Below are positions 17,474 to 27,013 of a DNA stretch of 37,797 bases, piece after piece (position 1 is the stretch's first letter; each line of letters opens with the position of its first letter). The position numbers and the translations under genes are program-made. This DNA comes from a virus (lineage: Duplodnaviria; Caudoviricetes). Where the stretch lies: positions 1 through 37,797 of the IMG/VR virus record IMGVR_UViG_3300027820_000064. The stretch is one strand, 5' to 3'. The notes beneath the pieces are model-generated. The model made no database searches and was not told the origin of the DNA. It saw only the letters and a program-made list of their open reading frames with translations.

Positions 17474-18967
17474 ATGGCTGAAAATTGGTGGGAATCTGCT
17501 CCTGCTGTATCGGTTGATGCAGGTTCTGAAGCTGCATGGTGGGAAAGCGCTGCTCCAGTTGAAGCCCAACCGGAGCGGTCATTCGGCGACATGCTTTATG
17601 AAAACATCATCGGTAGCGGTGAGGTAGATACCCCCGGAGAGCGCCTTGGCCAACTTATCCGTGGTGCAGGCGCCGCAACGGCTCGCGGCATTGCTGACGT
17701 TCCTGCATTGCCAGCAAACTTGCTGCAGCTTGCTGCGTCAGGCTATGAGAAGTTAACTGGCACCGAAGAGCCATCGGCTGTGTCGCGTGCGCTAGAAGCC
17801 CTGCCTGACACTCGTGAAATGCTTGCAGCCGTTCCTGTTATCGGCCCTGAAAGCCAGTATGTAGCCCCCGGCACTGCTGGTGAATATATCTCAACCATTG
17901 GCGAGTTTGCGGGCGGCGCTGGTGCATCTGCTGGCCCACGTGCAATGCTGAAATATGGCGCGGTCCCCGGCGCGGCAAGTGAAGCTGCTGGTCAAGCGAC
18001 GGAAGGCACTGCTGCAGAGCCTTATGCTCGTATGGCTGGTGCGTTCTTTGCGCCAATGGCTGTCAGCACTGCCAACAAAACTGTCAATGCAATGTTCAAG
18101 CGCGCGTCTACTCGTCCAAGCGTTCAAACCTTAAAGGATGCCAAGAACGCAGCATACAAAGCTGTTGACGAGTCTGGTGTAAAATTGCCTGCGAGTGTTG
18201 CGGATGATATTGCCTCAAAGGCAAATAAAGCGGCAGCTTCGCGCAACTATATTCCTGATGTTGATAGGCAGACACTGGCTTCTATAAAAACTTTGGAAAA
18301 CCAATCTGGCAAGTCTTTGACGGTTGGCGAGCTTGATAAAATTAGGCAAGGGCTTAATGATAGGTATCGGTCGTCTCTTAGGCCAGATGGAACAGGAGGA
18401 GAGATTGCAATCCTTGACATGATCGACATTGTTGATGATGCAATCCAGAATGCCCCCGGTGGTGGTGAGCTAATGACTGCAGCTCGTCTCGCGAATTCTC
18501 GCTTCAAGAAATCTGAATTGATTGAAAAAGCATTCCAAAAAGCCGCAGACCAAACTGCGGCTGCAGGGACCGGTGGAAACTTGGTAAATAAATACCGTCA
18601 GGCTGTCTCTAATATTATCAACAACCCTCGTCAGGCTAAATACTTCAGCCAAGAGGAAGTTGATTTCATGCGCAACTTTGTTCAGGGCAAGCCAACTGAA
18701 AACATGATGCGTTTAATCGGCAAGCTGTCGCCAGACAGTAGCGGGCTTATGGCGTTTTTGAACCTTGGTGCAGTCGCTACAAACCCAGCAATGATTGGCG
18801 CATCTATGGGCGGCGCATTGGCCAAGCGTGCCGCAGAGGCGTCTGCCATGCGTGGCGCTGAAAGCATCAAAGATATGCTGGCCACTGGTCAAGTCCCGCA
18901 GGCTACCAGAACGGTTACAGACCCACGCATGATCGGCATCCTGCCGGGTCTTTTGTCTGACGAATAA
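17474..18967 (+). CDS. Putative DNA ejection protein
   Basis: Ala/Gly-rich and helical; last gene of the ejection cluster; RBS AGGAG. Confidence 0.6.
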   Translation: MAENWWESAPAVSVDAGSEAAWWESAAPVEAQPERSFGDMLYENIIGSGEVDTPGERLGQLIRGAGAATARGIADVPALPANLLQLAASGYEKLTGTEEPSAVSRALEALPDTREMLAAVPVIGPESQYVAPGTAGEYISTIGEFAGGAGASAGPRAMLKYGAVPGAASEAAGQATEGTAAEPYARMAGAFFAPMAVSTANKTVNAMFKRASTRPSVQTLKDAKNAAYKAVDESGVKLPASVADDIASKANKAAASRNYIPDVDRQTLASIKTLENQSGKSLTVGELDKIRQGLNDRYRSSLRPDGTGGEIAILDMIDIVDDAIQNAPGGGELMTAARLANSRFKKSELIEKAFQKAADQTAAAGTGGNLVNKYRQAVSNIINNPRQAKYFSQEEVDFMRNFVQGKPTENMMRLIGKLSPDSSGLMAFLNLGAVATNPAMIGASMGGALAKRAAEASAMRGAESIKDMLATGQVPQATRTVTDPRMIGILPGLLSDE

Positions 18968-18978
18968 GAGGATAACGC

Positions 18979-21189
18979 ATGGAACCCGAAGACCGCATCG
19001 AAGACGACGACATCCGCGAAATCCTCGCTGAAATGAATGATGAAGTCATGGAAGCTGAAGATGAAATGGAAGGCATCAAGCCGCTTGAAGAGGATGAAGT
19101 TGAAAGCATCCTCGCAGTGGCCATTGAGGATGCCGTTGATTTCATCGAAAGCGAGGTGAGCGAGGATCGTATCCGCGCGCAGCGTTATTATGACGGAGAA
19201 AGTGATCTAGATTACGAGGATGGACGTAGTAAGGTTGTAGCGACCAAAGTGCGTGACACCATCCGTGCGGTCAAGCCGTCGCTCATGCGTATCTTCTTGT
19301 CCTCTGGCAAGTTTGTGGAATACATCCCGCGTGGCCCAGAAGACGTAATGCACGCCGAGCAGGCCACCACCTACATGCACTGGAAGTTTAGCGAGATGGG
19401 CGGCTACCGCATCCTGTCAGACGCCTTCCATGATGCATTGGTCAAAAAGATGGGTATCGTCAAAGCCTACTACGAGGAAAAGGCGACTACCCGCATCTAC
19501 ACATACAGCGGCTTGAACGACATGCAGTTCCAAGCGCTGATGATGGACCCTGACATTGAAATCATCGAACACAGCGAGATGACCGAAAGCATGGAGATGC
19601 AGACGCCAGACATGGCGATGATGCAGCCACCGGTCACGACGCATGACGCAAAGATCGCCCGCACGACTTACGCTGGCGATATTGTCGTGGATAGCATCCC
19701 GCCAGAAGAATTCTTCTTTGACCGCAACGCACGCTCGATTGACGAGTGCTATGTCTGCGGCCAACGCACCGACATGCGTGTTGGCGATCTGGTAGCTATG
19801 GGCTTTGAGTTTGACGATGTATTCGATCTGGACAGCTCGACTGACAGCGACACCATCATCGCACAAGAAGAGGACGCTCGCCGCGGTTACAGCATTGACC
19901 CTGATGAAGATGAGAATGCACTAGACCCGTCGATGAAAAAGGTTCTCGTCACGGAAGCCTACATGCGCATTGACGTAGAAGGCACCGGCACACCGGTTCT
20001 GCATCGTGCCATCATGGGCGGCAGCCGCTACAAGCTGCTGTCTGTCGAGCCTTGCGATGAAATCCCCTACGCCATCTTTGAGATTGACCCCGAGCCTCAC
20101 ACCATGCTTGGGCATTCTCTAGCAGACATCACCATTGATGACCAAGATGCCACAACGGCCATGCTGCGTGGCATTCTGGACAACGTGGCAATGACCAACA
20201 ACCCCCGCATCGGTGTGGTTGAGGGTCAGGTCAACATTGATGACGTTTTGAATAACGAGATTGGCGCAGTTATCCGCCAGCGCTCACCCGGCATGGTGCA
20301 GCCATACGAGGTTCCATTTACTGCAGGTCAGACTATGGGTGCCTTGCAGTATATGGACGCATTGGTTGAACAGAAAACCGGCGTGACCCGTGCCAGCATG
20401 GGTCTGGATGCCGACGCACTGCAATCCACCACAAAGGCGGCTGTCATGGCCACCATGCAGGCTGCGGCAGGTCAGGTTGAGGTGATGGCACGCAACTTGG
20501 CAGAGGGCGGCATGCGTCGTTTGTTTGGCCTTCTGCTGCGCTTGTCTGTCAAGCATGCCGACAGCGAGCAGATGATGCGCCTAAACGGTATGTTCCAGCC
20601 TGTTGACCCACGTGTATGGGACACCAGCATGGACTTGAGCGTGAATGTCGGCCTCGGCACTGGTCGTGAAGAGGAAAAGGCCGCAGCATACCGCGAGGTT
20701 CTCGGCCTGCAGATGCAGATTTGGCAGGGTTACGGCCCGACCAATGGCATCGTCACTCTGACTGGTATCCGCAACACCCTGACTGACATGATGGCATCGG
20801 CTGGTATCCGCAATGCTGAGCGGTATTTCAACCCGATGAATCCTGAGCTTGAGCAGCAGCTTATGATGCAGGCGCAGCAGGCAGCGGCCCAGCAGGGTCA
20901 GCAGGCAGACCCGAATGCAGCATACCTGCAGGCTGAGCAGATGAAGGCGCAGGTCAAGATGCAGTCGGATGCGCAGCGTGCGCAGCTTGATATGCAGAAA
21001 GCCCAAGCCGACCATGGTCGCAAGCTGGAACAGATGCGCATCGACCAAGACCTTGAGCGTGACAAGATGGCTCAGAACTTGGCTCTGCAGAACACTGAGC
21101 TGCTGGCGAAATACGGCATCAAGGCAAACGAGGTTGCCATCAAGGCGGAACAGAACGCCATGCGTGACCAGAATGGGGTGATCCGTTGA
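18979..21189 (+). CDS. Portal protein (P22-like)
   Basis: 736 aa; GRSKVV...PSLMRIF, DAL--KMGIVK; Gln-rich coiled-coil C-terminal region. Confidence 0.88.
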   Translation: MEPEDRIEDDDIREILAEMNDEVMEAEDEMEGIKPLEEDEVESILAVAIEDAVDFIESEVSEDRIRAQRYYDGESDLDYEDGRSKVVATKVRDTIRAVKPSLMRIFLSSGKFVEYIPRGPEDVMHAEQATTYMHWKFSEMGGYRILSDAFHDALVKKMGIVKAYYEEKATTRIYTYSGLNDMQFQALMMDPDIEIIEHSEMTESMEMQTPDMAMMQPPVTTHDAKIARTTYAGDIVVDSIPPEEFFFDRNARSIDECYVCGQRTDMRVGDLVAMGFEFDDVFDLDSSTDSDTIIAQEEDARRGYSIDPDEDENALDPSMKKVLVTEAYMRIDVEGTGTPVLHRAIMGGSRYKLLSVEPCDEIPYAIFEIDPEPHTMLGHSLADITIDDQDATTAMLRGILDNVAMTNNPRIGVVEGQVNIDDVLNNEIGAVIRQRSPGMVQPYEVPFTAGQTMGALQYMDALVEQKTGVTRASMGLDADALQSTTKAAVMATMQAAAGQVEVMARNLAEGGMRRLFGLLLRLSVKHADSEQMMRLNGMFQPVDPRVWDTSMDLSVNVGLGTGREEEKAAAYREVLGLQMQIWQGYGPTNGIVTLTGIRNTLTDMMASAGIRNAERYFNPMNPELEQQLMMQAQQAAAQQGQQADPNAAYLQAEQMKAQVKMQSDAQRAQLDMQKAQADHGRKLEQMRIDQDLERDKMAQNLALQNTELLAKYGIKANEVAIKAEQNAMRDQNGVIR

Positions 21190-21416
21190 CACCAGAACAG
21201 AAAAAATTGAACGCCGAGCGCCTCTTAAACGACGAGACTTTGCGTTTGGCTTTCGACATGATACAACATGATGCAGTTGGGGTATTCAAATACCCCAATG
21301 CCTCGCAAGAGGAAATCATGGAAGCGCACCGGATGGTTCGGGCGCTCGACGCACTCCGCAGCCAGCTTGAGGTGCTTATCCTCGACGGCAAGATGGCGGA
21401 ACGTCGATCTAAATAG
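21186..21416 (+). CDS. Small protein between portal and scaffold
   Basis: Coupled TTG start; AERLLNDE motif. Confidence 0.65.
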   Translation: MTPEQKKLNAERLLNDETLRLAFDMIQHDAVGVFKYPNASQEEIMEAHRMVRALDALRSQLEVLILDGKMAERRSK

Positions 21417-21427
21417 GGAGCAGCACC

Positions 21428-22402
21428 GTGGCTGACACGACTGCAACTCAAGCTGTGGATGAATTTGAAGCAGCAACCGCGCTCATCTTGGATGAGCAAC
21501 CCGCCGAGGAGCCTGAAGAGGAAACCTTGGAAGCCGACGCCGAAGAGCAGGCTGAAGAGGAAGATACTGCAGATGACGAGGCAGACGAGGCCGAGGATGA
21601 CGAGGCCGAGGATGACGATGACGACGAAGAGACCGAAGAGTTAGAAGAGGAACCTGCGCCAGCACTCTACACCGTGAAGGTGGACGGAGTCGAAAAGCAA
21701 GTCACCCTTGATGAACTCCGTAGGGGGTATTCGGGTCAGGAGTATATCCAAACGCAGATGAGGCAGGTAGCCGAAGGCCGCAAAGAGGTTGAAGCTATCT
21801 ATAATCAGCTGCAACAAGAGGCGCAGCAAGTTGCGGCGCTTCGCCAACGATTGGAAGCCGGGAATATCCCTCAGCAGCCAGTGCCGCCGACCAAGGATTT
21901 GTTTGAAGCAGACCCTATCGGCTACATGGAAGCCAAGATTAAGTATGACGAAGACTTGGCACAATGGCAGCAATCAATGGGGGAGTTGCAGCATTTTTCT
22001 GCACGCCAGCAACAGATGCAGCAGCAAGCTCTGCAGTATCAGCTAGCTCAGGAAATGCAAAAGCTGCAGCAGGCCATTCCAGAGTTTGGGGACCGTGAAA
22101 AAGCGACCCAACTCCGGCAGGCAATTCTCGAAACGGGTCAGTATTACGGCTACGAGCCGAATGAGCTGAACGAAGTTGCTGACAGTCGTGCCGTGCGTAT
22201 TTTGCACGACGCCATGAAGTATCGCCAGATGGTGGCGGCTAAGGGCGAAGTGCAGAAAAAAGTCGATAAAGCTAGGCCCGTGGTTAAGCCCGGTGCCAAG
22301 AGATCGGCAACAACTGGCAAGGCGAAGCAAAGTAAGCAGGCGGCGTCTCGGATGAAGCAAACTGGCAGCATTGATGATGTTGCTAAATTCCTCTTGAGCT
22401 AA
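21428..22402 (+). CDS. Capsid scaffolding protein
   Basis: Acidic N-terminus, YTVKVDG---VTLDEL--GY, basic C-terminus with TGSIDD. Confidence 0.85.
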   Translation: MADTTATQAVDEFEAATALILDEQPAEEPEEETLEADAEEQAEEEDTADDEADEAEDDEAEDDDDDEETEELEEEPAPALYTVKVDGVEKQVTLDELRRGYSGQEYIQTQMRQVAEGRKEVEAIYNQLQQEAQQVAALRQRLEAGNIPQQPVPPTKDLFEADPIGYMEAKIKYDEDLAQWQQSMGELQHFSARQQQMQQQALQYQLAQEMQKLQQAIPEFGDREKATQLRQAILETGQYYGYEPNELNEVADSRAVRILHDAMKYRQMVAAKGEVQKKVDKARPVVKPGAKRSATTGKAKQSKQAASRMKQTGSIDDVAKFLLS

Positions 22403-22422
22403 CCCCATAAAGGAGAAAACCA

Positions 22423-23397
22423 ATGGGTGTAACCGCAAATACCAACGAAACGTATAGCGTTTCGACAATCCGTGAAGACCTGCAGGACGCGCTGATTTCG
22501 ATCAGCCCGACCGAAACTCCGTTCATGTCGAGCATTGGCCGCAAGTCGGTCAACAACACCTACTTTGAGTGGCCCGTTGTTGAGCTGGCAGCAGCCTCGA
22601 CCTCGAACCGCGTGATCGAAGGCGAAGCAGCGCCCGGCAACGACGCACCGACCAACGCCATCCGTCTGGCCAACTACACCCAGATTTCGGATAAAGTGGT
22701 TGACGTGTCGGACACTGCTGAAAGCGTGAACGGCGCTGGCGATGCACAGAAAATGGCCAAGCAGATCGCTTACAAGCTGAAAGAACTGAAGCGTGACATG
22801 GAACAGATGATGGCAGGCGACAATAACGCTGCTGTTGCTGGCTCGTCCGGCACCGCGCGTGAAACCGCTTCGCTGTCGGCATTCCTGCGCACCAACGTGG
22901 ACCGTGGCACCGGTGGCGCAAGCGGCACCCTGTCCGGCACCACCGCTGGCTACCCCGACGCAGCAGCAACCGACGGAACTCTACGAGCGCTAACGGAAAC
23001 AATGTTGAAAGACGTGATCGCTTCGTGCTGGGACGAAGGCGCAGAGCCTTCGATCGTTCTGTGTGGCTCGGGCGTCAAGCAGAAGATCAGCTCGACCTTC
23101 ACCGGTTCGGCTACTCGCTACCGCGACATCAGCGACAAAAAAGTTGTTGCTGCCGTTGACCTGTATGTAAGCGACTTCGGCGAGTTGCAGATCGTTCCTT
23201 CGCGCTTTGTTCGTTCGCGCGACGTGTTCGTTCTGGACCCCAACTACGCTCGCGTTGCTTACCTGCAGACCACCAAGCAAACTCCGCTGGCCCGCACCGG
23301 TCACTCGGAGCGTCGCCTGATTTCGGTCGAATACGGCCTGCAGGTGGACAACGAAAAGGCACACGGCGTAATTGCCGACATCAACCCTGCTCTGTAA
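22423..23397 (+). CDS. Major capsid protein (DUF5309/SU10-like)
   Basis: REDL-D---ISPTETPF, NYTQI, ELKRDME, YVSDFG; strong RBS; followed by a terminator. Confidence 0.9.
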   Translation: MGVTANTNETYSVSTIREDLQDALISISPTETPFMSSIGRKSVNNTYFEWPVVELAAASTSNRVIEGEAAPGNDAPTNAIRLANYTQISDKVVDVSDTAESVNGAGDAQKMAKQIAYKLKELKRDMEQMMAGDNNAAVAGSSGTARETASLSAFLRTNVDRGTGGASGTLSGTTAGYPDAAATDGTLRALTETMLKDVIASCWDEGAEPSIVLCGSGVKQKISSTFTGSATRYRDISDKKVVAAVDLYVSDFGELQIVPSRFVRSRDVFVLDPNYARVAYLQTTKQTPLARTGHSERRLISVEYGLQVDNEKAHGVIADINPAL

Positions 23398-23408
23398 GGG
23401 TTAGCCTT

Positions 23409-23437
23409 GTAGGGGCCGCTTCGGCGGCCCTTACTTT
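23409..23437 (+). terminator. Intrinsic terminator after the capsid gene
   Basis: GTAGGGGCCGC-TTCG-GCGGCCCTTAC-TTT. Confidence 0.8.
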
Positions 23438-23455
23438 ATGCGAAAGGACAATCCA

Positions 23456-23629
23456 ATGAAAATCAAACTGATTACCGACCACGGCGTGTGGATTGACGGG
23501 CAGTCGCGCGGCATTGGCTATGAGGCCGATCTGGATGAAGCCATTGCGCAGTCGATCATCAACAACGGCTTTGCAGAAGAGGTTAAGCCTGTTCGCGCAG
23601 CGAAAAAGACGGTTTCGAAAAATGATTAA
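23456..23629 (+). CDS. Small head-associated protein
   Basis: RBS AAAGGA; MKIKLITD... Confidence 0.65.
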   Translation: MKIKLITDHGVWIDGQSRGIGYEADLDEAIAQSIINNGFAEEVKPVRAAKKTVSKND

Positions 23630-23915
23630 TGAGTTTGGCGTCAAAGAGGATTACGACCTAGTTGACGGCAAGTTGGTCATTAAGCGCACGCAGGATGTGC
23701 AGGCGCTTATTGACCAAAACCGTCACGAGGCGCAGGAGGCGCCTAGCATGTTTGGGCAGGCCCGTGTTCGCAAACTCGGCAGCATTCCATTCGTCATTGC
23801 TGACCAATGGTCGCGTGAGTGCGGTGCATCAATAGGGTCGAAAGAATTTGCAGAATATGCTAAAAAGAAATTGATGAGCGGGGAATTCTCCGCGTTCAAG
23901 ATCAAGGACGCCTAG
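23622..23915 (+). CDS. Conserved post-capsid hypothetical protein
   Basis: RTQDVQALID-N...GSIPFVI--QW. Confidence 0.7.
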   Translation: MINEFGVKEDYDLVDGKLVIKRTQDVQALIDQNRHEAQEAPSMFGQARVRKLGSIPFVIADQWSRECGASIGSKEFAEYAKKKLMSGEFSAFKIKDA

Positions 23916-23917
23916 CC

Positions 23918-24058
23918 ATGGATCAGAAGCTGGTAACGACTATCGTCTTTGGGGCGTTACTCAGCTTGATTGGCTGGAACATCAAGACGACCAACGACCT
24001 TCAGCTAACAGTGGCACGCATGGAGATGCTGCTGCGGGCTGACGCACTGGAGAAATAA
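23918..24058 (+). CDS. 46-aa single-TM protein (holin/antiholin candidate; absent from ORF track)
   Basis: MDQKLVTTIVFGALLSLIGWNIK...; fills the gap before the lysis genes. Confidence 0.65.
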   Translation: MDQKLVTTIVFGALLSLIGWNIKTTNDLQLTVARMEMLLRADALEK

Positions 24059-24060
24059 GC

Positions 24061-24291
24061 GTGGAATTGCTGAAAACAATTTGGCCAATCGGCGTGGCGT
24101 TCATCGCATTCTTGGCTTGGCTCATTCGTCTTGAGGCCCGCTCTATTGAAAACGGCAAAGAGATCAAGCGCTTGTGGAACCAGCGCCGGGAAGACTTGGA
24201 AGCATCACGCCAAGCGCGCGAAGACACCAACGCCATGCTGGCCGAGATACGCGACGACATTAAAGACTTGATCGCGAAGGTGGCGAAATGA
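24061..24291 (+). CDS. Putative holin (one TM plus coiled coil)
   Basis: IWPIGVAFIAFLAWLI; immediately upstream of the endolysin. Confidence 0.6.
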   Translation: MELLKTIWPIGVAFIAFLAWLIRLEARSIENGKEIKRLWNQRREDLEASRQAREDTNAMLAEIRDDIKDLIAKVAK

Positions 24292-24962
24292 GACAGATCA
24301 ACGAAATCATCGTTCACTGCACGGCGACACCCGTTAACTGGATGTCGGGCGCCGAAACTCAAGCCAAGGTTAACGAAATTCGCCGATGGCACGTTGAAGA
24401 GCGTGGGTGGTCGGACATCGGCTATCATTACATCATTGACCGTGACGGCACGGTTGCCACTGGCCGCCCTGTCAGCAAGTCTGGCGCCCACACCAAGGGC
24501 CACAACGCTAACAGTATTGGCGTATCGCTTGTGGGCGGCCAAGGCGGAACGGCAAACGATAAGTTTGAAGACAACTTTACGCAAGCACAGGCCAATGCGC
24601 TGCGCACGCTGATTGCTGGCTTGAAGCGTGAGTATCCGACCATCACCAAGATCAGCGGTCATAATCAGTGGGCCGCCAAGGCCTGCCCGTGCTTTAACGC
24701 CCCTGCTTGGTATGCACGCAAGCCTGCCGCCGAGATCAGCGGCGTAGTTGGCGCTCAGCAGCGCTCTACGCCTGCACAGAGCCGCACAGTGCAGGCATCG
24801 GTAGTCCAAGGCGCATCGGCTGTAGGCGGCGCTGTAGGGGCGTTAAACGCGCTCGACGGCACAGCACAGATTGTGGCCTTGGTTGGCTGCATCCTGATCG
24901 CGCTGCTGGCCCTGTTTATCATGCGTGAGCGGCTGAAAGCGTTTGCCGCGGGGTGGCGTTGA
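24288..24962 (+). CDS. N-acetylmuramoyl-L-alanine amidase endolysin (Amidase_2) with C-terminal TM segment
   Basis: IIVHCTAT, DIGYHY, GAHTKGHN, GHN...KACP. Confidence 0.92.
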   Translation: MRQINEIIVHCTATPVNWMSGAETQAKVNEIRRWHVEERGWSDIGYHYIIDRDGTVATGRPVSKSGAHTKGHNANSIGVSLVGGQGGTANDKFEDNFTQAQANALRTLIAGLKREYPTITKISGHNQWAAKACPCFNAPAWYARKPAAEISGVVGAQQRSTPAQSRTVQASVVQGASAVGGAVGALNALDGTAQIVALVGCILIALLALFIMRERLKAFAAGWR

Positions 24963-24965
24963 GCC

Positions 24966-25193
24966 GTGTTCGCAAAGATCAAACTATACGCCATTGGCGT
25001 AGTCGTCTTTGTGCTGGCGTTGCTCGGCATCTACTGGAGCGGAAGACGCGACGGGGCCGCTGCCGTAAAAGCCGACATCAACGAAGATAGATTGGACGCC
25101 ATGAAGACGGCGAAGGACGTGGAAGATGAAATCAAGTCTCTGGATGATCCCGCTTTTATTGACCGTGCTGGCCAGTGGGTGCGCAAAGATTAA
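24966..25193 (+). CDS. Putative i-spanin (Rz-like)
   Basis: N-terminal TM followed by a helical domain. Confidence 0.65.
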   Translation: MFAKIKLYAIGVVVFVLALLGIYWSGRRDGAAAVKADINEDRLDAMKTAKDVEDEIKSLDDPAFIDRAGQWVRKD

Positions 25194-25329
25194 CGGCACT
25201 CAATACTGCGACATCGCCTCGCCGTTATATTTCAGTGAAGAAACTCTGATATGGCTGTCAGAAAATGACCGCAGTTTTCTGACAGACACAGTGGTGGCCA
25301 ACGAGAAATGGAACGCGCTCTGCAACTAA
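25126..25329 (+). CDS. Putative o-spanin lipoprotein (Rz1-like)
   Basis: Signal peptide with lipobox LASGC; overlaps the 3' end of the i-spanin. Confidence 0.7.
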   Translation: MKSSLWMIPLLLTVLASGCAKINGTQYCDIASPLYFSEETLIWLSENDRSFLTDTVVANEKWNALCN

Positions 25330-25496
25330 TCCAATCAACCAGCCGCATTATGCACGATGTATCATTCCGTGATACGTCGGAAAGCCTTTGCTCTCGTGCA
25401 TGGCGGTTGCAGGGTGACAACCGCTTCTGGCGGGCTTGGGTGCGGGTGTTTGGCCGTGACCACTGCCAGACAAGTTACAGGCACTATCACGACTAA
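25308..25496 (+). CDS. Hypothetical protein
   Basis: ESLCSRAWR...DHC motif; TAATG coupling to the next gene. Confidence 0.55.
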   Translation: MERALQLIQSTSRIMHDVSFRDTSESLCSRAWRLQGDNRFWRAWVRVFGRDHCQTSYRHYHD

Positions 25497-25891
25497 TGGC
25501 CCGCATGACCAGCATACGACACGGAAGGGCTGGTGAATTCTTAGCCTGCTACCTGTTAGAGGCCGCCGGATTGGAGGCCAGCAGAGTTGACGGGGCGTTT
25601 GATCTGGTTGTGCATGCTGGCGACGGCAAGCTGACGTGCGTCGAGGTGAAGACAGGCACAGAGCGCAAGCGGCAGAGCGGCGGCTACAAGTTCCAGCGGC
25701 CCCGTGTAACCCTTCTGGCCGACTATTACTGCTTTGTTGCGCTGGACATCGGCCTGATGCGCATATTTCCCGGCAGCATCTGGCGTGATCGCAAAGAGGT
25801 GTCCATGCCCACCCGCGAGTTTACGCAGGCCGCCCAAGCGAACGACCTGCGGTGGTTGAAGCGTGAACTTAGCGGCAATATTACGCCGTAG
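25496..25891 (+). CDS. PD-(D/E)XK endonuclease-like protein
   Basis: GRAGE...FDLV...VEVKT. Confidence 0.7.
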   Translation: MARMTSIRHGRAGEFLACYLLEAAGLEASRVDGAFDLVVHAGDGKLTCVEVKTGTERKRQSGGYKFQRPRVTLLADYYCFVALDIGLMRIFPGSIWRDRKEVSMPTREFTQAAQANDLRWLKRELSGNITP

Positions 25892-26159
25892 GTTTCTCTC
25901 CTTTCAGTTCTGCAAGGCGCTGCAGTATTTCCTTCAAAGCCTCACCATACCACGTCCCCCATTCAAGCATATCATCCACAAGGCCCACCGCCTTCGCCAG
26001 CTTGGCCTCGGCTGCAAGCGCCCGTGCCGCCCACTCTGCCCGCGATGCAGCCATGATTTCGGGGTCGTCGCCAGTGTCGTTGATCATGCCTTCAACCATA
26101 GACCGCAGGGTTTTGTTCTCGGCTTCCAGTTCTTTGATGCGGTCAGTGTCACTCATCAC
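25881..26159 (-). CDS. Coiled-coil hypothetical protein
   Basis: RIKELEA...AEAKLAKAV; RBS GGAG. Confidence 0.7.
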   Translation of the reverse strand: MMSDTDRIKELEAENKTLRSMVEGMINDTGDDPEIMAASRAEWAARALAAEAKLAKAVGLVDDMLEWGTWYGEALKEILQRLAELKGEKPTA

Positions 26160-26487
26160 TCTCTCCTTTCATTTCTGCGAGGGTGGTGCGGGCATAGTCT
26201 ATTTCTGGACCTTCATCGTCTGGTAATACGGCCAACAACCCATCAATAGCATTTACAGCCTTCGCCAGCTGGGCCTTTACGTCTTTAATTTGAAACTGCA
26301 GGTCTGACATTTGTGGCGTCAAAACAAACTCAATATGATTGCCACGTTGATTGCTTATTTCGATCTCTTTCGCCAGCTTGGCCTCCAGTTCCGCGATCCG
26401 CTCTTGCACCTGCGCTTTCTCACGAAACCACTCGTCAGTCAGCGGCTTGCGCCCCTCTGGCAGTTTACTCAGATCCCACTTTGCCAA
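26149..26487 (-). CDS. Coiled-coil hypothetical protein (paralog-like to its neighbour)
   Basis: RIAELEAKLAK...LAKAV...LAEMKGE; TTG start with GGGAG. Confidence 0.65.
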   Translation of the reverse strand: MAKWDLSKLPEGRKPLTDEWFREKAQVQERIAELEAKLAKEIEISNQRGNHIEFVLTPQMSDLQFQIKDVKAQLAKAVNAIDGLLAVLPDDEGPEIDYARTTLAEMKGESDE

Positions 26488-26491
26488 AATT

Positions 26492-27013
26492 TTATCTCCC
26501 GTGATTGATGTGAAACCCTAAATCTTTCTCTGCTTTACGCCTTGCTTTCACGGCGTCTGATTTGTCAGAGAAATTTCCAAGGGTTTTGCTTCTTCCATCG
26601 ACTTGTATCTGAGCCTGCCACTTTCCTGTTTTTTTATTCCAAGTCACACCAATGAAACCACTTGTATTGCTGGGTGGTCGCATCTTGTTTTTCATGTTTT
26701 CAGAACGAGACACTGACCGCAGGTTTGATAGCCTGTTGTCATTTCTGATGCCGTTGATGTGGTCTATGTCTTGCTCTGGCCAATGACCGTGGACAATCGC
26801 CCAGATCACACGGTGCGCGAAGAAAGTCTTTCCATTAATTCGTCCGCACCTGTAACCATCCCCACGGTTTGCAGTAAATGCCTCCTTGCCTGCCCATCGT
26901 GAATTCCATTGCCTTGGGCGGTCACTGCGCTCACGCCAAAACAGCTTACCTGTGTCTGGGTCATAGCGCATGATGTTGCGCAGGGCTTTCGGGCATGGTA
27001 AATCTTTGGTCAT
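26492..27013 (-). CDS. HNH homing endonuclease with C-terminal AP2 domain
   Basis: YDPDTG...AHRVIW...IDHINGIRNDNRLSNLR; NTSGFIGV...KWQAQI. Confidence 0.9.
   Translation of the reverse strand: MTKDLPCPKALRNIMRYDPDTGKLFWRERSDRPRQWNSRWAGKEAFTANRGDGYRCGRINGKTFFAHRVIWAIVHGHWPEQDIDHINGIRNDNRLSNLRSVSRSENMKNKMRPPSNTSGFIGVTWNKKTGKWQAQIQVDGRSKTLGNFSDKSDAVKARRKAEKDLGFHINHGR

Noticed and set aside
21500-21660. GACGAGGCCGAGGAT repeats
   Set aside because: Simply encode the acidic low-complexity N-terminus of the scaffold protein
23395-23412. Capsid read-through or frameshift extension
   Set aside because: TAA is followed by an in-frame TAG five codons later and a terminator; no slippery site seen
23982-24809. 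275-aa antisense ORF, and other long shadow ORFs such as 6133-6822, 12371-13036 and 20581-21192
   Set aside because: They lie opposite well-supported genes, lack recognisable motifs and are expected at this GC content
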